From: Owenia fusiformis
Lineage: Eukaryota
DNA: 64,000 bases
Assembly: GCA_903813345.2 (NCBI GenBank)
Contig: CAIIXF020000001.1
Coordinates: 33,976,001-34,040,000, forward strand
Direction of reading: 5' to 3'
Shown here: piece after piece, positions 50,831 to 61,536 of the stretch
How positions within the stretch are numbered: the first letter of the stretch is position 1
Layout of the letters: every line of letters begins with the position of its first letter
Notes under the pieces: model-generated
The model's database searches: none
Told to the model about the DNA's origin: nothing
The model's input: the letters and a program-made list of their open reading frames with translations, nothing else
Position numbers and translations under genes: made by a program

Positions 50831-51543
50831 CAACTCTCTGCGAATGCGGAGCCCCTGAGACTTTCCGCCATCTCAGTTCAGGACCCAGATGGACAAAATA
50901 AACCTTTACTTATTTGCTCACCCTTCACTTACTCAGGAACAAATTGACAATCTTTTATCAGTGGTGAGTTTATTTCTTATTGAACACGCATAGATACATG
51001 TACTTGGAAGCTTGTCTACTATTGTTCTCAGTCTAACCACTCCTATCTTTACTGCTCTTCTCCCCATGTTTCCTTCTCTTACATTATACTGTAGTACCAT
51101 GAAGTCTTCTTTGTACAGATCAGTCACATGTCTTAGTCATGGTAGACTATGGCGCGAACCTCTTCCCTACTCACACTACTATATCTTTGTTTTCAGAACC
51201 CTATAGGCAGAGGCAGCAGCCCCCCATACTCCAATTAAAATGCAGATGCTTTATTTTTTTCTTCTAACATATAACTGTGTATAAAATGTTGAAAAATTAT
51301 AATTACTACATTGAGGGACACCTTTAATGGCACTGGCGATTTGGTCCCTCATGTATGACATGTACTTACTGTATAATGATTAATGGCAATAAAATCTCTT
51401 GATAAAAAAACAACAACATACGAGAGCCTCATTTCTCGTGTTTTCTGTATCGCTACACCTATAAATTGAACTGACTACGCAGAAATCTGGTATATACGTT
51501 GCGGATACGGATACATTGAGCTAAAAAGCGTTGTCCAAATAGT

Positions 51544-52294
51544 AGGGAGTTTAAGATTAGCGTAAATAACCCATTTACCTATACCTACACGTAGTTTGTT
51601 ATTACACTAAGCGGTATTTTACCTACGTTACAGGGTTTACGATACGTAATTACCTATAAATGGCCGAAGATAGGTAATTCAAAAACGTATGTTTTCATCC
51701 AACAAATTATGTCATTTCTAGATCAAATATCTTCTATTAAACTTTAAAATACTAACAACAAACATTTCTCATTCGATCTGCATAGATATTAAGTGGTCGA
51801 ACACATTCATTGATGCGATAAACGATGCCATGTGATGATGCATGAAATTGTTGAATTTACACATTCTTCATCAGCTTTGCTTATTGTAAATGTATGAAAT
51901 CAGCCATTTTCTCGTGGTTTTAATTGTTTAACTTTACTATTTGGTCACTCTCATTGCTGGATCATGCTAGAAATTTAACTTTTCACTGCCCTATTAGCGG
52001 GCCCACAAGCAACACCCCCTCCCAACTACAGTAGCTACACCACACTCTCTCTGAAGTATATAACAGTTCTTGGAGGTGACATGTACTGGTATATGGCCTA
52101 AAAGCCACCGCATGGTTTTCATTCTATAATTAGGATATTAATTTTATCATAAATTGTAGCATACGGTGTCGTAGCCTTTTACGTTAATCTTAAACTCATT
52201 TTGCAATACGCATTACCTATACATATAATGTACGTATCAAACATACGGATAGAGATAGGTACACGTATATTTTTACGCTAATCTTAACCTCCCT
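51544..52294. mobile_element. TIR MITE, ANT-target (PIF/Harbinger-superfamily-like)
   Basis: AGT|AGGGAGTTTAAGATTAGCGTAAA...TTTACGCTAATCTTAACCTCCCT|AAT. Confidence 0.82.
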
Positions 52295-52671
52295 AATGTT
52301 TATTCTACGTATATGGATAGGATATCAGCAAATAGTTTGTTATTTCCATTTCCTATTATCACGTGATTTTATTCAACATTAACATGCCTAATTAATTTTG
52401 CAGATATATATGCTATACAGGGCGTATCAAAAAACCGCAACAAGTAGTTATCTCGTAAAATCACAAAACTGGTGATGACTACATCAATTTCATTTAATGT
52501 ACCATAAAGCCACGTATCTCCTCTTTGCAATGATATGTCATTCATTCACATGTGATAATGGTTGGGTGAGAAATCCTTCCATTTGCACAGTGGATCAAAA
52601 TCGGCTCTGCACCAAGTTTTAGATATTGAAAAAATCAAAAAGTGCCAATGGAAGTTCCTCTTACTTGAATT

Positions 52672-55600
52672 TTTTTTATAGTATAAACTTTATTGAGGTA
52701 AAGTCAATACATTTTCGGCCACCAATCGCCATATTGGCATTATAGGTTGGCCATCACTTACATGTAAAAAATTAAGTATAGTATTTAGCTGTTTGAGGAC
52801 GACTGTGCATCGAAGGGTATCCCAGGGACCAGAGGGGTTTGTGCCAAGTAGATGTGTAAAAAACAAAATAAATATATTATGAGTTCGCCAGGGCTTAGAT
52901 GAGACCTTTTGCTATGTCTTGTTATCATGGAGAAAATTGCTGACGATGATAAGAAGTTTACTTAGTTCTGCTAAGGATAATGTCTCGTCACCATATAAGA
53001 GAAAATTAAGTTTATCATCCATGTTTATTAGTTGGCTGATCTTATTATAGAAGTTATTGTTGACCTCTTCCATCAGGGCATGCCTATTAATTTGGCATAG
53101 AGGGCACTTGAAAAATAAATGTTTTAGTGTTTCAGGTTTGCCGCAAGAACAATGAGCCGAGTCTATAAATGTAAATTGGTGTGCAAAAAGTCTTGCTTTC
53201 AAAAATAAGTCTACACGAGCTCTGTTGATAGTGATTTCTTGATTCCTTGTTAAATTAATCAGGGACGTTGAACTGATTATTCTCTTGGGCAGAAAGTGTT
53301 TATTACTTTCTGTTTGAACGATGGTAGGGAAAATTTTAAGGCATATTCTAAAAGAGGTTTAGGTAATTTGTTCCACAGTGATATTGCATTAGGAATAGGG
53401 GATTTAATAAATTGAGCAGTTGACCTTATAGGAATTTTGTATACTTCTGTATTGCTTGTTCTTCTGGTAGCTGGATTTTTGAATTCTTCAAATATTGAAG
53501 ATACATAGGAGGGTACCTGGTTTCTGATTACTTTGTACATGAAGTTAAGAATGTGTTGTTCCCTCCTTTGGGGTAGTGTGCCAGGTTTAAGACCCCCATA
53601 ACTTTACATGTATCAGAGCCATGGAGACACCCAGAACACAATAATTCAGCCTGATAATGCAACTTGCTAGGGATATTGATCAGTGCTTGAGTTGATGAAT
53701 GATAAAGAATGTCTGCGTAATCAAAATGAGGCCTTATGAATGAGTTGTACATTGTCTCCAAATGTTTCGAGTTAATCTTTGATGTAAGTGCCTTCAATGG
53801 ATTAAGCAGTTTTTGTACTCTCTTGACAATGTCATATATATGATTTTTGTTAGAAAGAAGATAATCGAAAGTATACCCTAGATGCTTATGAAGATTATTC
53901 CTTTTAATTTCCCCATTTCCAAGTTTGGCTAAAGGTGGCGGAGTAGGAAATACACAGCGCTGGCTTTGAAAGATAACTTCCTCTGTTTTTTCAGGCTTGA
54001 AATCTAGTTTCCATTTTTGAGACCAGTTAGTTATGATATTAAGATCATGATTGATTATATGCATGTCAGGATCAGATGGATCAGATGGATCAAAGGGGTA
54101 ATATAGTGATGTGTAATCAGCGTAGATAAACGCCTTTCCCAAAAGATCATCGGGTAAGTCATTTACAGGGTGGTCCAAAAAAAAGTGAACCCCTGCAACA
54201 GGCTACATTTTTCTTAATACATGCATGAATTGGCTCATATTATCACATATTGTAGAGAAAGGTCTAAAAGTTTGGTTGATGCCATAATTTATTCTCAGTC
54301 TTAAATTTTGAGGAAATTACAAGCGTTTAACAAACATGCCTGGAAATTAGATATTGTACAAAATTTTACAAATGTGATTCACGGAAATTGTTGAAACACA
54401 TTGGATGATCTTAAACAGCTTTCAGTTAGAGATACAAGTTTAAAACCCTTAAAGCAGAAAACACATTTCACACTTTCATTGATCATTTTGAAGCATTTTT
54501 AACTGTTCAAGAGTTCAGGGGTATGTTACCTACACCAACAGTTAGAGGGGGGCCTCTTATGGAAGGAAGTTGCCCCCTGTGACCAGGAATCTGATAACCC
54601 CTTCATCAAATATCTTTAAAAAATCAAAAGAAAATCCAATATTAAATGTTATGAGCCATATATCATTAGAATTGGTCCATGATTTATGAAGATATTGACA
54701 TTTCAAGATCATATAGGGGTATGTTCATGATTTGACTGGAAAATGTTTTCGTCTGTGGAAGCTTAGCACATCTCTTTGGATCACAATAACTTTGCAACTA
54801 ACAAATGTAGAATGCTAGTTTTAAGCCATAATGTGCAGGATTTAAAATTGAACAACGTCAGAAAATATTAGTTCTTTAAGACTGCAGCTTAAAAAAATCT
54901 CAGGGGAAAGGTGTTAAAGGGTTGAAGAATCGCGGATATTGAAAATCACAATTTGTCCATTTTCAGTAATGTTTGGTTAGGGCTTATAATTTCTGCAAAT
55001 TTCAAGACTAAGAAAAATGTATGGTACCACCATAAATTTTAGACCTTCCTCTACAACATGTGAAAATAAAAAAGAACTCTGCAAGATATAAGGGAAATAT
55101 GGCTAGTTGCAGGGGTTCACTTTTTTTCGGACCACCCTGTATATAAATCAAAAATAAAATTGGACCTAGGATAGATCCCTGAGGGACGCCGCAGTTGATA
55201 TAGTTTGCAGAAGAAGTATCCGATGATTGACCACCTACATTTACGTTGACTCTACGATTTGACAAATATGATTGGAGAATTTGATAAAATTGGCCTTCAA
55301 TGCCATATGCTTTCAGTTTTGCAAGCAGCAGCTTATGAGGAACACGATCAAAAGCAGAGCTAATGTCTAAATATATTGCACGTATGGCTTTATGATCTTT
55401 GATATTTGAATGAAGAAAGTGATTTATTGCCAGTAGCTGGAATTCAGTGTTATGCCCTTCAAGAAACCCAGATTGGAATTCAAATATTAAATTATTAACT
55501 TTAAGGTGGGCATTTAGTCTTGTTGCCACAACATGTTCAAAGACCTTTGATAAAATATTTAGAAGAGTAATGGGTTGATAATTCCCAATGTCAGTTTTAT

Positions 55601-55702
55601 CGCCTTTATTTTTAAATATAGGACAGATACTGCCCATTTTCCATATGTCGGGGAAGGTTTCATGGAGAATAAGTTTGTTAATGAGCTTAGAAAGTGAAAT
55701 TG
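52672..55702 (-). mobile_element. 5'-truncated CR1/L2-group LINE (RT) with 11-bp TSD
   Basis: TSD TTACTTGAATT at 52661-52671 and 55703-55713; short poly(A) and AATAAA at the left end; RT motifs NYQPITLLNILSKVFE, LDISSAFDRV, GVPQGSILGPILFLIY|INDL, YADY; C-terminal CSCGKPETLKHLFFKC. Confidence 0.93.
54166..55139. mobile_element. CAGGGTGGTCC-family MITE inserted in the LINE RT
   Basis: TA TSD and TIRs; removing it plus one TA restores the frame FLIYINDL. Confidence 0.96.
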
Positions 55703-56327
55703 TTACTTGAATTGTTGTGACTTTTTCTTTTGGAGCTATCTCAGGAGCATCTGTGCTCACTATTTCTCTACCAGATATTGCAAAACCGCGAGAAAGAATT
55801 GCCCTTGGGCTGCTTTTCTCTGCTTTAACCCACAGATGACTCAGGGCTAAACCATGCATGACGTGGACAGATGAGCGCATCTTTATGTGCAAGGAAATGG
55901 TGGCAATTTGGAGGATTTGAATTTGGCCCCACTTTGCAAAATTAATGATTATTCGGCCTGTGAATGAATGATATTCCATTGCAAAGAGGAGTAATTTGGC
56001 TTTTTGGTACATTGAATGAAAAGGATGCAGTCAGCATTGGTTTTATGTTTTCTTCCAATATTGCATCGGCCTCTGTACACTGACTTTTGCGATTTTTATA
56101 ACTTGGCCCCGAGCTAATTTCGGCCCACTTTGCAAATGGAATGATTACTCGCCCAACCATGACCAAATATCAATGAATGATATATCATTGTAAAGAGGAG
56201 ACACGTGGCTTTATGGTGCATTGAATGAAATCAATGCTGTTATCACTGGTTTTGTGCTTTTGCGAGATAACAATCTGTTGCGTTTTTTATACGCACTGTA
56301 GATTCGATATTATACATGTGTCATACA

Positions 56328-59300
56328 TCATGACAACTCGCGTACCTCGATGTAATATCTCTTTTCATGTTTATAGATACTACGTTCAGAGTAGTCACAC
56401 AGTGGTTTACACCATATTAGCCTTCTCTCAATCATTAACATCAGCGAGAGCTGCTGCCTCTTCACTAAAGCACAACTGTCTGATTTCAATATCTGATGAG
56501 AGGTACTCATTATTGCTATGAGCATATGTATGAGTAGAAGTATAGAGACCAGGCCATATATTGTCAGAAGAACTCTTCCAAAGTAGACATCCCTTATGGC
56601 ATGGTCTGATTGTTTGACACCTAGGTCAGTGATAACATACTGTATCATACTGTACAACGTGGAGCTGACAGGGTCAGACAATGTTTTGGAGCTTTGAACT
56701 ATCAGCGAATGGATTGCAAAAGAAAATGCTAACCATATAAACATATACAATATCATGAAAGACACTATGTCCTTGAAGAATATTGTCTGAATCATTAGTG
56801 GAAACTTTCCTAGTACTGGGCAAGCTCTACCGAAATGCAAAATGAAGACCCAACCAAACAATAATGCTCCAGCGAGTGGTATATCGTGATAATATCTATC
56901 ACTCATATATAACGCAAACCATATTAAAACACACGTAGAAAATAAAACTGCTAGCAGACGGTATGGCCCATTTCCAGTAACTGACCAATCTTTCCATATT
57001 GCCTTTGGGAGATACATTACGAAAGAACGAAACGTTTGGTCAGGCAAACTGAGAGAGAATGTACACAGTATGTCCAGCATTTCCATTATCATATATATAC
57101 ATGGCAGACTTATAAACAATGCATACACTGAACTTCTTTGATTTTTAGATTGTACTTGATCATTTGCCCCACTAGTATTATCAGGTACTTTGACGCTATT
57201 AACTGAACTGGTTGGCTCTTTCGTCAAATACTGCTCGGCATTCAAATGTGTACTTGGAAGAGGAGTTGTAGAAGCGGTCTTCATGGTTGTGGAATTTTTG
57301 GTTGAAGGAGGCAAAGGAATGATAATTGGTTGCTTTGTTGTGGAGGTAGGGGTAGATGTTGTAGTCGTATTGGAAGTTGTAGTGTTAATGGTTGTAGAAG
57401 ACGATTCGGCACTGACTTGAGTTGTATTAAATGATTCACCAGTTGAAGTATTGTATTGTTCGTTGAGAGTGTGATTCGTCGTCAATGTATGATTAAGCAA
57501 ATCACCAACGTCACGTTTGATAATTGTCTCATATTGCGGTGATGGGGTGACGTTTTTGTGACCGTTAACGTTTATTGCACTATTTGCGATTATAGTCAGA
57601 TTGTTTTCTGTTTGAAATACTCGTGGAAGTAGGGGTTGCATTGAAAAATGGGTCAAACAAACCATGAAGGAGAGGTGTAAAAGGAACCACACAATTAGAA
57701 CCCACTTGTAAACGTTCCATTTCAGCTGGAAAACAGTAGATAGCGGTTCAATATCATTAATATCTTGTTGTAATTGTCCGTTCGTATCACTAGGACTTGG
57801 ATCATGCGCGACTATGTGCAGACAGGAGAATTTATTGTAATTACCATCCTTTCTAGTTGACACCTCTGTCACATCATATGTAATCAATGCAGATGAGCCA
57901 AGGTTGATTTGCCTCATTTTATAAATGTCCTCAAGGTTAAGAAGTTCTTTCATGAGTTTTGACTTCATCTTAGCAGCGAGTAACAATGGTGTGTAACCAT
58001 CTGCATTTCTTGTTCCGAGTAAATTGAGAAATATTTTTCTTTTGGCATGTTCGTATATAGGTCCTTCGAATGTTGTATCTTGCGCGATTCGTCTACACCC
58101 AAACAGCCCTGATAAGCCTTGGAGAATGTTAAGTGTTTCTGTATTGTCTCTTTCAGGAAACATGATTGATTGATGGATCATTCTATGTAGTATGTTCTCC
58201 CCTTGCATGTTAATATTCATAAGGTTAGCACCTTCCTTAACCAAGAAAGAAACTATGTCCGGAGAACCTGCCCATAGGGCAGCAGTTAAACAAGTCTGGC
58301 CATCAATGTGATCGTTTCTGTAGAAACTGCCAGTAGCGTTTGTATTCATAAGGTCAATTTTATCTTTTATGTCTAGAGGTTTCAAAAGGGCTCTTATTGC
58401 AACTGAGTTTTTGTTTGATACAGCAATATGCAATGTGGTTTGATTGAAATACTTCTCTGATGTGTATGTGGCCATGATAAGATCTCGTCCTCCAAACGCA
58501 ATGAGATGATCACAGATATCTGTATGGTTATACATCAGAGCTAAGTGCAACAATGTTGCTCCGGATTCATATTCGCTGAATATTGCATCTGTAAGTTTGT
58601 ATTTTTTTTGTTCCCCGAATACCGAATATTTGAAATTTTCTTTTCTTAGAATACTACATAACACCTTTACTGCCGCAATGTTGTTAGTTCTAACTGCTCT
58701 GCCCAATGAGAGCGCAAACTTTTCCGGATCGTCTTGCAACAACTTTTCAAATTGTGTTATTATTCTATAATGGAGCTTAAACCCGATTTCCATGTGATTA
58801 TCTCTCTCTTTTGATAACGTTTTATTTTTCTTAGCCTTTCTCTCATTTGATTTGAGTCTCTCACTGGCTGCGAATGTTGCCGTTTCAAAGAAATTATCCA
58901 CCGGCTTCGTTTTTCTTTTATTATAATCTTTTAATCGTGACATCGCAACTTGATTACTGTACATTGTCTGAAGGTCAGTCATACTTCTTGGTCTAGTTGT
59001 ATCAACAGGTTCAATGTAGCCATCACTTGATTCCTGTCTGAGAGGACGTTTGAAATTCGGCATTGATCGATTAAAAAGACGTTGTCGCAAGCTTGTTTCT
59101 TTGGGGAGTTCAATTGTGGCCCATTTTGGTCGATCTGGTGCTGGTGTGTCTGGGGGCGATGAATGTGAATTCTTACTATTCTGCGTAGAATAGGTTCGTT
59201 TTGGAAGAGCTGGTGGTTTTATTGAATTTGCATCTTGCGTGTCGGGTCTTCTGTCAGGTGATGGAGGGGGTGGTGGTAATTTACGTTTCGATATATTTGG

Positions 59301-60534
59301 TGACATTGGTTTTAAATTACGTGGGGGTAACAGCGGTTTTTCCAAGTCTTCGTCATCAGGAAATGAGTTAGTGTTAGATACATCTAAAAGTGGTGATTTA
59401 ATATGTACCTCAGATTTTACTTCAGATTCCGTATACGAAACTGGTTCATATGCCTCATAGATGTTGTCTTCATCTTGGTTATGTTTGTCCTTATCATCGA
59501 CTTCTGAATAGAGTCCTTGTGGCTCACCTGGATCTCCATGGCCATATGAATTGGTACCAGTAGATGATTGATTGGCGACGGGGCTGTATATATGGTTATC
59601 ATCTTCATCTTCGGCCTCAGCAGTAGGTTCTCTTTTGTCAGGTATATCCAGTTTTATTGGATCGTTTGCATTTTCATCACCCTTTTGTTTGTGTTCCTCA
59701 CAACTTTTAAAATATATGTCTTGCTCAGTGCCGTCGCTATGACAGTTTGGCTCAGTGCCGTCGCTATGACAGTCTGGCTCAACTTGAATATTGGTCATAT
59801 GATTGTCAGTTGGAAGCAATGGCGCGTCAGACATATCAGCTGGAAATGAAGCAATAGAAGATGAGTTACCAGTCATCGACCTTGGCATCATCAAATCTCC
59901 ATTGGTATATTGTTTCTCGATTCCTTTGGATGAAACTGAATAATGTGGCACTATTTTAGGAATTTCTGGTAAAGGAGTCGATTGATGTTTGGGTTTTATT
60001 GGCATGGTCTTGTAATTAAAGTCTAGGTCTGGTTCCTGACTAAGGTCTCGGAAATCCGTTTGAGACTCCTCCATACTACTCTGATGATTTATTCCGTTTT
60101 CGAAAAAAGGGGTGTCAATATCTTCCATACAACCGTCAAATTCGTCTTCCACGTTAATCAAACTTTCTTTATTAATCCTTAACGGTGCAGACGATTTAAC
60201 TTCTTTTAGCTTCACACCACTTCGTATCGAGTTCATCAAAGCTCCTCGCTGCTCCATATCATATTCCACTGATCTGTTAAGTGTTGTAGCTGCTGAATCA
60301 AGTTTAGCACGGACTGCGTTGCTGTTAGGTTGTTCCAGCACCTTTTCGATGTTTGGCCATAGGGTTTTCGCATACCTCCTCTCTTTTGGCTTATGCAACT
60401 CTGGTATTGCTGATTGCCGCCTGCTACCCGGAGTTATCCTTTTCACAAGTCCAACGAAAGTCTTTGGAACCTCGTAACAGTTCTCTGAATTTTCTATATC
60501 TGAACTGTCATCGTCTAGGCTATCATAATCATCT
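56328..60534 (-). CDS. TRPV-like cation channel (ankyrin repeats + 6 TM + TRP helix); terminal 4.2-kb coding exon, 5' exon(s) not located
   Basis: Uninterrupted frame of ~1400 codons. Ankyrin-type repeats GATLLHLALMYNH, QTTLHIAVSNKN, GQTCLTAALWAGS, GENILH, GYTPLLLAAK; pre-S1 QLKWNVY; S4-S5 LHFGRACPVLGKFPLMIQTIFFKDIVSF; S6 LLIHMLIAIMS; TRP-box-like RQQLSLMLMIER. The frame extends 5' of the listed GTG to a polypyrimidine-AG acceptor (ttttattttctttAG, 60536-60535), with an in-frame TAA at 60560-60558. Confidence 0.93.
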
Positions 60535-61536
60535 CTAAAGAAAATAAAAGTTATTGTTTAGGATGTTCTTCTCATGGATAGACTAGACAAAAGTAGCAGC
60601 TAACTAACATGAAACAATGAATGATAACTCTTCCAAAAGTAAAACCTGCCATATCGGGCGAGTCGTCTTTTAAAATAATATACATATATTATCTGTTAAG
60701 TTACAAAATCACTGTCAGTTTTCACTGGGTCTTTAACGTGTTACCAAATCCTTGTATCTCTTCGATAACCCCGCCTGAATTTAAAAAACAGCTTAGATTA
60801 ATAATTGGTATTTTGTTTTCTTCATCTAACCCTCGTTTAATTCATAATGCTATTTGGCAGAGCGGTAACGCTATCACGTAACGCCTGATCTCCAATATCG
60901 AAATGCGTAATTCGTATTAACCTAACTAGTTTAGTAGGAAGGAAGGGTTCAATTTCAAACTCCAGATGAGTAAATAGACAAATAGATAGATAGATAAATG
61001 GATAATTAGATAAATAAATGAACAAATGAATAGATTATTATGTACATTACTTAATTAATATTAATTAATGTAATTGATTATATCAATTAGTTACATAAAT
61101 TGATAAATTGTATACATCGATTTATTTTTGATCTGTCAAGTAGATATTGGCAGCACGATTTAGCTAAAAGTTATTGGCAGTTTGGACAAAAATTGCTAAT
61201 TTGGTGGCGGCGGTTGGATCATCATCATATCGTTTTTTTGAGATTTCAAAAGAACCGCAAGTAAGACTGAACAAACAAACCTGACCGGCAGACTGGACAA
61301 TTAGTATAAATGTCGAGGTAAAATAGAAACCGATAGGAAATTCACATCACCAACTAAGGGGGGGGGGCAGGCCAACGCACCAAAAAGCGCGTCCAAGTCC
61401 CGTGAAAAATAGCAAATATAATATGCTTTGGTTATGTAATTATCGTACACAATAGAACATCAGCTTCATTGCTATCACATCGTTTCCAATTTTGTTAATT
61501 ATGTAGTAACCCGGACAGGTTGAATGATGCAGTCGT

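Larger units (their letters stand above)
52418..56298 (+). mobile_element. Tc1/mariner non-autonomous element (same family as 15207-16204) split by a LINE
   Basis: TA|CAGGGCGTATCAAAAAACCGCAACA...TGTTGCGTTTTTTATACGCACTG|TA; both halves match 15207-16204. Confidence 0.93.

Noticed and set aside
55008..56012. 334-aa ORF as a novel fusion protein
   Set aside because: Chimeric read-through of antisense Tc1 sequence, a LINE RT piece and a MITE end across insertion junctions.
60444..60446. GTG as start codon of the channel
   Set aside because: Eukaryotic context; the frame stays open upstream to a good splice acceptor at 60535.
57190..60477. Plus-strand ORFs overlapping the channel
   Set aside because: Antisense shadows of the real coding frame.
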